The notes beneath the pieces were generated by a model. That model worked only from the letters and a program-made list of their open reading frames with translations. It searched no databases and was not told the origin of the DNA. Made by a program: the position numbers and the translations under genes. This document shows, in pieces, positions 24,325 to 33,295 of a DNA stretch of 64,000 bases (position 1 is the first letter of the stretch; the number at the start of each line of letters is the position of its first letter). Origin of the DNA: Oceanispirochaeta sp. (lineage in GTDB: Bacteria; Spirochaetota; Spirochaetia; DSM-2461); contig CAXXOA010000002.1 of the NCBI GenBank assembly GCA_963666275.2, positions 1,536,001 through 1,600,000 on the forward strand, read 5' to 3'.

Positions 24325-25550
24325 AATATTTTAAAGTGGATGATACACTACTCAGTATAGTTGAAACTTTCCCTGAAACAGTTCCTGTATTTGTTTCCAA
24401 CGGATTTCCTCAGATGGATCAGGTGGAAAAAAGAGCCAAGTTTGCCGGTACAATCACACTGCAGAATGCTCTTCTACTGAAGCAGCTGGATGCGGATATA
24501 TTTGTAAAACTCCTTGAAGAGGCCATTGATCAGAAAAGGACAACCGGAGTGGATGCAACACTGCAGAGCCTGGAAAAAGTTCAGGATGAAGAGACTCTGA
24601 ATATTGTAGGCCTTTTACCCTGTCCTGTACGTTTACCCCTTCTGGAGGAGTTCAATACTTTTCATGACCAGTATAAGAGGACAGGCGGAGTTCATATAAA
24701 TCATGAACTGAAAGCGGCATCCATGGGTCTGGAATGGGTGGAAGAAAATATAGACGGTATTGAGAATGCGGAAAACCTGCCGGATCTTTTTCTTTCCGCC
24801 GGATTTGATATGTTCTTTGATGAAAAAAAAATAGGCAAGTTTAAAAAACAGGGTGTTTTTGAAGATACCACAAACCTGCCCTGTTTTAATGAAGAGTTTG
24901 AAAATATCCAGTTGAAGGATCCGGCAGGACACTACGGCATGATTGGAGTTGTTCCTGCGGTCTTCCTGATCAATCTGGATGAACTGGGAGAGCGGCAGCA
25001 GCCTGTGAGCTGGGCAGACATCCTCAAGCCCGAATTTGAACGACGTGTTTCACTGCCGGTTGGAGATTTTGATCTGTTCAACGGCATCCTGTTGAATATT
25101 CATAAACACTATGGTGATGATGGGCTTAGAAAACTGGGCAGGAGCCTTATGGAATCCATGCACCCCTCGCAGATGGTAAAGAGCCACACAAGGAAAGAGG
25201 AAAAACCGATTGTTACAATCATGCCCTATTTTTTTACCAAAATGGTGAGAGAAGGCAGCGGTATGGCCGCTGTCTGGCCAGAGGACGGAGCCATCATAAG
25301 TCCTATTTTTATGCTCTCCAAAAAGGATAAGCTGGAGAAACTGCAGCCTGTTATAGACTTTTTTGCCTCCCGGGAGGTGGGAGAAGTCCTTTCCCATAAG
25401 GGGCTGTTTCCCAGTGTTCATCCATCCGTGGATAATCATATCGACAGAGAAAAGAAATATATGTGGCTGGGGTGGGACTATATTTATTCCCATGATATAG
25501 CGGGACTGATAAAGCATTGTGAAAAAACATTCCACCAGGAGGTCGCATGA
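24321..25550 (+). CDS. ABC solute-binding-fold protein with N-terminal DUF1858-like domain and no signal peptide
   Basis: SBP-like PVSWADIL and VWPEDGAIISP; LLPCPVR motif; charged, non-hydrophobic N-terminus; ATGA overlap with rrf2. Confidence 0.75.
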   Translation: MKYFKVDDTLLSIVETFPETVPVFVSNGFPQMDQVEKRAKFAGTITLQNALLLKQLDADIFVKLLEEAIDQKRTTGVDATLQSLEKVQDEETLNIVGLLPCPVRLPLLEEFNTFHDQYKRTGGVHINHELKAASMGLEWVEENIDGIENAENLPDLFLSAGFDMFFDEKKIGKFKKQGVFEDTTNLPCFNEEFENIQLKDPAGHYGMIGVVPAVFLINLDELGERQQPVSWADILKPEFERRVSLPVGDFDLFNGILLNIHKHYGDDGLRKLGRSLMESMHPSQMVKSHTRKEEKPIVTIMPYFFTKMVREGSGMAAVWPEDGAIISPIFMLSKKDKLEKLQPVIDFFASREVGEVLSHKGLFPSVHPSVDNHIDREKKYMWLGWDYIYSHDIAGLIKHCEKTFHQEVA

Positions 25551-26266
25551 ATCTTGTAACTGTTTCCGGGCCCCCGTCCAGCGGGAAAACTTCTGTTATT
25601 CTCAAGACAATAGAAGCTCTTCAAAAAAGAAAATTGAAGGTAGGGGTTGCCAAATTCGACTGCCTCTATACGGACGATGATGTGCTCTATGAAAAAGCGG
25701 GCATCCCTGTTAAAAAGGGACTTTCCGGTGCCCTCTGTCCGGATCACTACTTTGTCAGCAATGTGGAAGAGGTCACCCAGTGGGGCATCCGGGAAGGATT
25801 TGATGTTCTTATCAGCGAATCCGCCGGACTCTGCAACCGCTGCTCCCCTTACATCAGGGATATTAAAGCGGTCTGTGTTATTGATAACCTGAGCGGTATC
25901 AATACACCGAAGAAGATCGGACCTATGCTCAAATCAGCGGATATCGTAGTGATTACCAAAGGAGATATTGTTTCACAGGCGGAAAGGGAAGTTTTTGCCA
26001 GCAGAGTGAATATGGTGAACCCTTCGGCTGTTATTATGAATATAAACGGTCTGACCGGGCAGGGCAGTTTTGAACTGAGTACTCTCCTTTTTGATGAGAA
26101 AAGGGACATTGAGACTCTTGTGGGAAAAAAACTCAGATTTTCCATGCCGTCTGCCCTGTGCTCCTACTGTCTGGGAGAAACCAGGATCGGAGAATCCTAT
26201 CAGATGGGGAATGTCAGAAAAATGGATCTTGAATCTGGAGGAACATCTCCGGGAGGTGCTTCGTGA
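25547..26266 (+). CDS. HypB/UreG/CobW-like (G3E) GTPase, Cys-rich
   Basis: Walker A GPPSSGKT, ISESAG, TKGD; CPDH, CNRC and CSYC motifs. Confidence 0.85.
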   Translation: MNLVTVSGPPSSGKTSVILKTIEALQKRKLKVGVAKFDCLYTDDDVLYEKAGIPVKKGLSGALCPDHYFVSNVEEVTQWGIREGFDVLISESAGLCNRCSPYIRDIKAVCVIDNLSGINTPKKIGPMLKSADIVVITKGDIVSQAEREVFASRVNMVNPSAVIMNINGLTGQGSFELSTLLFDEKRDIETLVGKKLRFSMPSALCSYCLGETRIGESYQMGNVRKMDLESGGTSPGGAS

Positions 26267-27276
26267 TATCTCTTGAAAAACTGGAAGAAAGATCCCTGAA
26301 TGAGATTTTTAAAGATTACCCCTTTGTGGATGCTTTTTTAAAAAACAACGGGCTGGAAATTGCGGGCAAAGAGCATCTTTCCCTCCGGCAGATCCTGTCG
26401 GATATGGATGAGCAGGATCGGGAGGACAAGGCTCTGGATCCCGGGCACCTGACAGAGCAGATGCACGAATATATACAACAGATGCTTTCATTTCTGGGGG
26501 AGGACTCGGGGGTCCACTCCCTGACGATCCTGCCGGGTACAGACAAATCGGGAAATCCCGAGGGATTTTCTGAACTTGTTATCCGGAAAAGTGAGGTGAT
26601 TTCCATTGTAGGGCCAACAGGCTCGGGAAAGAGCCGTCTCCTGGGGGATATTGAGTGGGTTGCACAGAAAGATACTCCCACTTCCCGTCAGATTCTTATT
26701 AATGATGATCTGCCAGATACTTCCTGGCGGTTTTCATCCGCCAAAAAACTGGTGGCCCAGCTTTCCCAGAATATGAACTTTGTCATGGATCTGACTGTTG
26801 CCGAGTTTGTGAACCTTCATGCGGAAAGCCGTATGGTGGAGAACCGGGACGTTGTGGTTGAACGGATTATTGAAGAAGCCAACCGCCTGGCGGGAGAACC
26901 TTTCAGACCGCAGACCCCAATCACAAGTCTTTCAGGGGGACAATCCCGGGCTCTTATGATTGCGGATACAGCTATATTAAGCAAATCCCCCATTATACTG
27001 ATCGATGAGATTGAGAATGCCGGGATTGACAGGAAAAAGGCTCTGGAACTGCTTCTCACAGAAGAAAAAATTGTTCTTATGGCTACCCATGATCCTGTCC
27101 TGGCTCTCATGGGAGACAGAAGGATTGTCATTAAGAACGGCGGTATTTCAAAAGTCATTGAAACCACCGAAGAAGAGCGCAGTATTCTGGGACAACTGGA
27201 AGAACTGGATAAAACCCTGTTGAGTTACAGGACCCGTCTGCGAAGCGGGGAAAGTTTAGTTGATAAAGAAAAATAA
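26263..27276 (+). CDS. ABC-type ATPase with an N-terminal extension
   Basis: GPTGSGKS, LSGGQ, ILIDE and ATHD motifs; GTGA overlap with the GTPase. Confidence 0.9.
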   Translation: MISLEKLEERSLNEIFKDYPFVDAFLKNNGLEIAGKEHLSLRQILSDMDEQDREDKALDPGHLTEQMHEYIQQMLSFLGEDSGVHSLTILPGTDKSGNPEGFSELVIRKSEVISIVGPTGSGKSRLLGDIEWVAQKDTPTSRQILINDDLPDTSWRFSSAKKLVAQLSQNMNFVMDLTVAEFVNLHAESRMVENRDVVVERIIEEANRLAGEPFRPQTPITSLSGGQSRALMIADTAILSKSPIILIDEIENAGIDRKKALELLLTEEKIVLMATHDPVLALMGDRRIVIKNGGISKVIETTEEERSILGQLEELDKTLLSYRTRLRSGESLVDKEK

Positions 27277-27294
27277 TCGAGGAGAAATTGAGAT

Positions 27295-27537
27295 ATGCAT
27301 GATGGTTGTTCAGGTAGTTTTGAAAACGGAAAACAGGTCGTAGATAAAGTAAGGATGATGGGATTTTCCGGTCAGTATATGCCCATGCCCATGCAGGTTC
27401 CCTGTGGAAACTGCGGGGTTTCCTTTGAGATGGAAACCTTTGAAGCCCGGTGCCCTGACTGCGGGTCTGTTCATGCGGTGACTCCCTGTCATGCCTTTGA
27501 CCCGGCTAATGTCCTGAATGCCGGTGTGGGGTACTGA
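27295..27537 (+). CDS. Small Cys/His-rich zinc-ribbon protein (HypA-like features)
   Basis: 80 aa; MHDGC start, CGNC...CPDC, PCH; SD GAGGAG. Confidence 0.75.
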   Translation: MHDGCSGSFENGKQVVDKVRMMGFSGQYMPMPMQVPCGNCGVSFEMETFEARCPDCGSVHAVTPCHAFDPANVLNAGVGY

Positions 27538-27588
27538 ATTCGGTATATTTATTTGCCGGGAGCCAGTAATTCTTAGTATATTTAACAT

Positions 27589-29838
27589 GTGAAAGACAAA
27601 TCTTTTTATCAGATCCTATCCAAACTGGCCGGGAATGTTTCTCTTTTCGAGTCCTACGGGGAAGCTGATAACTTCCTGAAAGAGGCTATCCACAGGCTTA
27701 TGGAAAAAGCCGGTTCTTCTCTGGGGGCAGTCTACCTCTATAATCCCCAGAGTGAGGAACTGGAATTCCGGGTCGGTTATGATAAAAATGATTACTGGGA
27801 TACCCTGAGATGCGGTGACCAGACAGCTCCCAAAAGTTTTTCCCTGGACGGGAATGAGGTGGGACGGGCTTTCAGAGAGGGCTCCAATAAAATCGTCAAA
27901 TCCTCTGAAGAGGACAGCTCTTCCCTGAAGTCAAAAATTATAATTCCTATTGTCAGAGGGCCCGAGAAAATCGGGGTTCTCCTGATTGCCCATGAGGACA
28001 GGGATTTTTTTGATTCCATTAATAATGCGGATCTTATGAGTGCCGTATCTCTGCTGGGGGATATCCTGGTAGAGGCGAATTCGCTTCTGGAGCATTGGAA
28101 GAACAGAAAGAAAATCAAATCCGGCACTCTGCCTGAAAGGATCCAGGGAAAGAAGGCCTCCGGCGGTATTGTTTCCGGTCTGGCTCTGCCTATCTGGGGA
28201 GATATCGATGCGGTTGTTCAGTCTCTGCCTCCCAAAGGTTCAGTGCTTGAAGAAAAAGCTCTTTTTGAACAGGCCCTTGCCCAGTCCCGGAAGCAGCTGG
28301 AAGAGTTTCAGGATGGAGCGGATCCGGACAGTGAAAGTATGGTCTCTCTTATTTTCACAGCCCAGATCTATATGCTCAAGGATCAGAGTTTTACAGGAAA
28401 GATCCTGACCCTTATTGAGTCGGGAAGTTCTGCTGCTGTGGCGGTAAAAACTGTTGTCAATGAATATGCCGCCCTGTTTTCCGGAATGGATGATGCCAGA
28501 CTGGCGGAGAAAGCTCAGGATGTGAGAGATCTGGGATACCGGATTGTAACCAATATGGGCAAGATGAAGAACAGGGATTTCAGTTATGAGAATAGAATCA
28601 TACTGTCCCGTCATATCTACCCTTCCGATCTCTACAGGCTTGCGGTGGAAGGAGCCTCCGGCCTTGTTCTGAAAGGATCAGGCGTCACCGCCCATATTTC
28701 CATTCTTGCCAGATCTCTGAAGCTGCCTGTTATCATTTCAGAAGACAATTCGTTTCTGCAGATTCCCGCGGGGACACCTCTGCTGCTGGATGCCGACAGA
28801 GGGCTTCTTCTTGTAAATCCTTCGGAAGAAAAACTGGCAGACCTGTCCCATAAGAAGAGCCTTGATAAGCAGCATGGCGCCTATACTCTCAAAGGACAGT
28901 CGGCCGATGGAATTCCAGTGGCCGTTATGGCCAATATCAATATTTACAAGGACGCCCAGGAAGCGGTTGTTCAGGGGGCCGAAGGGATCGGATTATACAG
29001 AAGTGAGTTTCCCTTCATCGTCAAAAATGATTTTCTTTCCGAAGAACAGCAGTTCCGTATCTACAGATCCATTGTCAAAACCCAGGGAAAGAAACCTGTG
29101 ATTCTCCGGACCGCCGATATCGGAGGGGATAAACTCCTCAAAGGCCGGGAGGGAGATGAAAGCAATCCCTTCCTGGGTGTGAGGGGGATACGGTTTTCTC
29201 TGTCTCACCGTGAAATGTTCCGGGACCAGATCAGGGCTATGCTGAGAGCGGGGTACGAGTCAGACCTGCATATACTTCTGCCCATGGTCACAGACGTGGA
29301 TGAAATCATCCAGGCCCGGGAGGAAATTGCCTTCTGCAGCCGTCAGCTGGAACGCAGGGGGGATCCTTTCAATATGTATCCGAAACTGGGGGCTATGATA
29401 GAGCTTCCCTCGGCAGCTATGGGTGTGCGGGAGATTGCCATTGAAACGGACTTTCTCTCCATCGGAACGAACGACCTGACCATGTATCTTCTGGCAGTGG
29501 ACAGAACCAATGAAAACCTCAGTCATCTCTACAGCAGTCATCATCCTACAGTTCTGAAGATGCTGGCCACCATAGCGGAGGATGCGGGTGATAAGAGAGG
29601 GCAGATTTCCGTTTGCGGTGATGCCGCCTCGGATCCCGTGATGATTCCCTTTTTTATGGGGCTGGGAATCCGGAAACTCAGTGTCTCGCCTGAACAGATT
29701 GAAACTGTCAAACAGTCCATCAGAAAATATACCATGGAGGATGCCCGGCAGATCACCGGGGAGATGCTCCAGATACGCCGTCTTCCCCAGGTGAAAGAGT
29801 ATATTGCTTCCTTTTCTTCTGAAAAATCAGATAACTGA
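27589..29838 (+). CDS. ptsP: PEP-protein phosphotransferase with N-terminal GAF domain (EI-Ntr-like)
   Basis: GAF-like N-terminus; phospho-His GVTAHISILAR; GIGLYRSEF, NPFLGVRGIR, SIGTNDL and SVCGD motifs. Confidence 0.9.
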   Translation: MKDKSFYQILSKLAGNVSLFESYGEADNFLKEAIHRLMEKAGSSLGAVYLYNPQSEELEFRVGYDKNDYWDTLRCGDQTAPKSFSLDGNEVGRAFREGSNKIVKSSEEDSSSLKSKIIIPIVRGPEKIGVLLIAHEDRDFFDSINNADLMSAVSLLGDILVEANSLLEHWKNRKKIKSGTLPERIQGKKASGGIVSGLALPIWGDIDAVVQSLPPKGSVLEEKALFEQALAQSRKQLEEFQDGADPDSESMVSLIFTAQIYMLKDQSFTGKILTLIESGSSAAVAVKTVVNEYAALFSGMDDARLAEKAQDVRDLGYRIVTNMGKMKNRDFSYENRIILSRHIYPSDLYRLAVEGASGLVLKGSGVTAHISILARSLKLPVIISEDNSFLQIPAGTPLLLDADRGLLLVNPSEEKLADLSHKKSLDKQHGAYTLKGQSADGIPVAVMANINIYKDAQEAVVQGAEGIGLYRSEFPFIVKNDFLSEEQQFRIYRSIVKTQGKKPVILRTADIGGDKLLKGREGDESNPFLGVRGIRFSLSHREMFRDQIRAMLRAGYESDLHILLPMVTDVDEIIQAREEIAFCSRQLERRGDPFNMYPKLGAMIELPSAAMGVREIAIETDFLSIGTNDLTMYLLAVDRTNENLSHLYSSHHPTVLKMLATIAEDAGDKRGQISVCGDAASDPVMIPFFMGLGIRKLSVSPEQIETVKQSIRKYTMEDARQITGEMLQIRRLPQVKEYIASFSSEKSDN

Positions 29839-29926
29839 GAATTTCTCTGACATAAACTGCTGATCCCGGTGTTTAATAGAAAGCAGGGAATCTGTTCCTG
29901 TGCATTATTGAAAGGGAGGTGTCGTT

Positions 29927-30403
29927 ATGAAAACTGCCATAGCGTATTATTCAAAAAAAGGATTCGTAGAGGAAGCCGCCCGGAGACTGGCGGATTCACT
30001 GGGAAATTCGGCCTCACTGTGGGATATCCATTCGGGGAAGGGTACTGCTCTGGAAGAGGCGGATGTGGTCGTTCTGGCTTCTTCGGTCCATGCGGGACAT
30101 TTTTCAGGGAAATTCAGGAAAACCTGCCGGAAGTGGATTCCTCTTCTGGAGAACCGAAAAGTCGTTCTTCTGGTTGGCGGCCTGGATGATAAAGAGTATG
30201 TCTCGACGGTGGAAAAAAATCTCTCCAGAGAGCTTTCAGACAGAATCTGGAAGATAGTCTATGCAGGGGGGCGTTACATTCCGGAGAATCACGGGCCTTT
30301 TATCAGGAAGCTCATGGCAAAAATCAATCAGTCAGAAGGACCGATCCATAAAGAGAAATGGGAGAATCTGGAGGCGCTGGCGGGAGAGATCAAGTCTCTG
30401 TGA
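29927..30403 (+). CDS. Flavodoxin-like domain protein (HemG/Flavodoxin_5 type)
   Basis: IAYYSKKGFVEEAA, DVVVLASSVHAG and GGRY motifs. Confidence 0.75.
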   Translation: MKTAIAYYSKKGFVEEAARRLADSLGNSASLWDIHSGKGTALEEADVVVLASSVHAGHFSGKFRKTCRKWIPLLENRKVVLLVGGLDDKEYVSTVEKNLSRELSDRIWKIVYAGGRYIPENHGPFIRKLMAKINQSEGPIHKEKWENLEALAGEIKSL

Positions 30404-30480
30404 TTGAAAAAATTATATAATATTATAAAAATAGTAATATATTATGGAAATTCCGGGAAAGATGAATATGCTTTAGAAGT

Positions 30481-30861
30481 ATGAAAAAGATTACCTTAAT
30501 AGTTCTAATTAGTATTTTGTTTACAGCGGCTCTTGCAGCAATTGACATACCCGAGAATGTAGACCTTTCCAATCAGCCTGCAGGTGTAAAAACAATCGAG
30601 GCTTCCAACAGGGGGTTTACCTTTTATCCCTCAACCATCACGGTGAAAAAAGGGGATACCATACGGCTGACCTATACCAACGGCGGAGGTTACCATGACT
30701 GGGTTATTGATGAGTTTGGAGCCGCCACAAATCAGATCTCCGGCGGAAAGTCAGAGACCATCGAGTTTACAGTGGATCAGACCGGAACATTCGAGTTCTA
30801 CTGCAGCGTGGGAAACCATCGTAAGCAGGGAATGTTCGGTAAGCTGATTGTGGTTGACTGA
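30481..30861 (+). CDS. Exported cupredoxin (type-1 blue copper protein)
   Basis: Signal peptide; H(DW)...C-SVGN-H-RKQG-M ligand set. Confidence 0.88.
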   Translation: MKKITLIVLISILFTAALAAIDIPENVDLSNQPAGVKTIEASNRGFTFYPSTITVKKGDTIRLTYTNGGGYHDWVIDEFGAATNQISGGKSETIEFTVDQTGTFEFYCSVGNHRKQGMFGKLIVVD

Positions 30862-30886
30862 GTTAGCCTCTTTTTTCCCTCTTGTT

Positions 30887-30919
30887 AAAACCTGCAGTTC
30901 TTGGCTGCAGGTTTTTTTT
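30887..30919 (+). terminator. Intrinsic terminator
   Basis: AAAACCTGCAGT..GCTGCAGGTTTT stem followed by a T run. Confidence 0.85.
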
Positions 30920-30978
30920 GCTTTTCATAGGACCGGTTCTGTTATACTTTATGGTACGCTGCAGGAGGTGAGCCGTCT

Positions 30979-31623
30979 ATGTTTCTGGGAAAAACAAAAA
31001 CTCTTGAAAATGAGATCGATAAGTTTCTGGGGAAAATCCAGGATATCAATCAGATGTCCTATGATGCCATAACAGAATATCTGAAAGAAGATACAGTGCA
31101 TTTTGAGAATCATGTAGAGAGGGTCCGGACTCTGGAGAAGGAGATTGATGATCTGAGGATATCCATTGAACACTCCCTGTACGGCGGTATGCTGATACCT
31201 GAATCCCGGGGTGATATCCTGGGTATACTGGAGTCTCTGGATGATGTGGCAGACTCGGCAAAGGAAGTCACTGTCTCTCTGGATATTGAAAAACCCGGGT
31301 TTCCCGATTTTCTGAAACAGGGATTTCTGAAAATGGCCCTAATGAGCCGGGATTCTGTGGATGAACTGATCCAGGCTGTCCATCTGTTTTTCACCAATTC
31401 AGATCTGACCGGGAGGTTTATCAAGAAGGTCAACTACTATGAACATGAGATTGATCTGATGGAGGAGGATCTGAAGCGTCAGGTTTTTTCCAGTTCAGAA
31501 CTGGACTGGCTGAGCCATAAGATCCATCTGCGCTACTTTATAGAGAAGCTGGCCGAGATTTCCGATGGCGCCGAGTCGGTCAGTCAGCGGCTGATCCTGT
31601 CTACCATGAAACGGAGCATCTGA
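30979..31623 (+). CDS. DUF47/PhoU-like phosphate transport regulator
   Basis: Repeated ExExD and DDVAD helical motifs; adjacent to pit. Confidence 0.88.
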   Translation: MFLGKTKTLENEIDKFLGKIQDINQMSYDAITEYLKEDTVHFENHVERVRTLEKEIDDLRISIEHSLYGGMLIPESRGDILGILESLDDVADSAKEVTVSLDIEKPGFPDFLKQGFLKMALMSRDSVDELIQAVHLFFTNSDLTGRFIKKVNYYEHEIDLMEEDLKRQVFSSSELDWLSHKIHLRYFIEKLAEISDGAESVSQRLILSTMKRSI

Positions 31624-31630
31624 GGCCTAT

Positions 31631-32677
31631 ATGATCAATCTGCTTTTTTATCTGTCCAGCGGACTGTTTCTGGGATGGTCTCTGGGAGCCAATGACGCGG
31701 CTAATGTGTTCGGTACGGCTGTGGGATCCCGAATGGTCCGGTTTAAAGTGGCCGCCGCCATATGCAGTGTTGCCCTGATCATCGGAGCCATCGCCGGAGG
31801 AGCCGGTGCCAGTCACACTCTGGGAAAGCTGGGGGCTGTCAGTGCCCTCCCCGGAGCCTTCACGGTTGCCCTATCCGCGGCTGTGTCTGTTTTTTTCATG
31901 ACCAAAACGGGGCTTCCCGTGTCCACCTCCCAGGCGATTGTCGGGGGGATCATAGGGTGGAACCTTTTTGCAGGTCTTCCCACAGATCCGGAAGCCTTCA
32001 GAAAAATTGCCCTGACCTGGGTCCTCTGCCCCGTACTGGCGGCTCTCTTCAGCGTGATCCTCTACTTCCTTGTGAGAACCCTTGTCCACAGACTGAAAAT
32101 CCATATCCTGCATCTGGATATCTACACCAGAGCCGCTCTGATTCTGGCGGGAGCCTTCGGTTCCTACAGCCTGGGGGCCAACAATATCGCCAATGTTATG
32201 GGAGTTTTTATTCCCTCATCTCCTTTCAGTGATCTGGTTCTGCCGGGAGGAATTGTTTTCAGCGGCGTTCAGCAGCTCTTTCTGATCGGCGGGGTCTCTA
32301 TTGCAGCGGGAGTGATCAGCTACTCCCGGAAAGTCATGGAAACTGTGGGGACAGGGATATTTCCCCTTTCTCCGATTACCGCTGTGGTCGTTGTCATTTC
32401 GAGTTCTCTGGTGCTCTTTGTTTTTGCCTCCCAGGAGCTTCATGACTCCATGACGGCCGCAGGACTGCCTGCGTTTCCTCTTGTACCGGTATCCAGCTCT
32501 CAGGCCGTGGTGGGGGCAGTCATGGGGATCGGATTGATAAAAGGGGGACGGAACCTGAAATACGGCTCACTGGGACGTATCGGTATCGGCTGGATTGCCA
32601 CGCCTCTGATATCCTCCCTTATCTGTTACATATCCCTCTTTTTTATGGTTAATGTTTTCAATACCGTAGTGGTTTAA
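31631..32677 (+). CDS. Inorganic phosphate transporter, PiT family
   Basis: GANDAAN, GANNIAN, PVSTSQA and PVSSSQA signatures. Confidence 0.93.
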   Translation: MINLLFYLSSGLFLGWSLGANDAANVFGTAVGSRMVRFKVAAAICSVALIIGAIAGGAGASHTLGKLGAVSALPGAFTVALSAAVSVFFMTKTGLPVSTSQAIVGGIIGWNLFAGLPTDPEAFRKIALTWVLCPVLAALFSVILYFLVRTLVHRLKIHILHLDIYTRAALILAGAFGSYSLGANNIANVMGVFIPSSPFSDLVLPGGIVFSGVQQLFLIGGVSIAAGVISYSRKVMETVGTGIFPLSPITAVVVVISSSLVLFVFASQELHDSMTAAGLPAFPLVPVSSSQAVVGAVMGIGLIKGGRNLKYGSLGRIGIGWIATPLISSLICYISLFFMVNVFNTVVV

Positions 32678-32690
32678 CCTTTCATCCCCC

Positions 32691-32719
32691 TTGCCGGGAT
32701 GAAAAAGCTGATTTATTAT
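32691..32719 (+). promoter_or_regulatory. Promoter for the yjdF leader
   Basis: TTGCCG, 17-nt spacer, TATTAT. Confidence 0.5.
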
Positions 32720-32744
32720 AGCCTCAGAAATACTCAAATAAGAA

Positions 32745-32840
32745 GCAAGGCAGAAACACAGTCCGGTATGGTAGTCCGGACGAAAGAAATCTTTTCTTTC
32801 CAGTAACCTCTCATGATCATCATGAGTGTCCCGCCTCGTG
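32745..32840 (+). ncRNA. yjdF (azaaromatic) riboswitch
   Basis: Conserved blocks in the expected order: AAACAC..CGGT(A)TGGTAGTCCG..CAGTAACCT..TGTCC, directly upstream of a YjdF-family gene. Confidence 0.85.
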
Positions 32841-32867
32841 ACAGGCAAAGTCTGTCCGGGAGGTTTT

Positions 32868-33278
32868 ATGGTTACAGGAGAATTTATTCTTACTTTTGAA
32901 GATCCATTCTGGATTGGTCTTTTTTTACGGTGCGATGAAACCGGGTGTTATGCTGCACGGCATATTTTCGGCGCAGAGCCAACCTATCCGGAAGTCAGGA
33001 ACTTTCTTCTCCATGGTTATGATTCTTTAAGTTTTCTATCGATTTCATCTATTGAAATGGAAAATCTTATTCTCCGTGAGGGTAGACAGTCCCGGCGACA
33101 GGTTCGGAAGGGCTCTCAAGATAAGGGGATTCCCCGATCTCTGAACATGTACAAGACAGCTCTGCAGGGAAAGAGAAAGGCACAGAAAGCTGAATCCACG
33201 AAAAGGTCTCAAGACAGAAAGAAAGATCTTTACCTTCTGAAATGTGAGAAACGGCGTCAGAAGAAAAAGGGCCGCTGA
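32868..33278 (+). CDS. yjdF: YjdF family protein (DUF2992)
   Basis: FEDPFWIG and RHIFGAEP..EV..F motifs, basic C-terminus KRRQKKKGR. Start reassigned to ATG 32868 after GGAGG. Confidence 0.85.
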   Translation: MVTGEFILTFEDPFWIGLFLRCDETGCYAARHIFGAEPTYPEVRNFLLHGYDSLSFLSISSIEMENLILREGRQSRRQVRKGSQDKGIPRSLNMYKTALQGKRKAQKAESTKRSQDRKKDLYLLKCEKRRQKKKGR

Positions 33279-33295
33279 CCTCAGCAGGCCTCAGT

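Noticed and set aside
27540..27559. TCGGTA...TGCCGG as a second Rrf2 operator before ptsP
   Set aside because: The spacing differs from the N6 dyad at 23853-23870, and the right half is explained by a -35-like TTGCCG.
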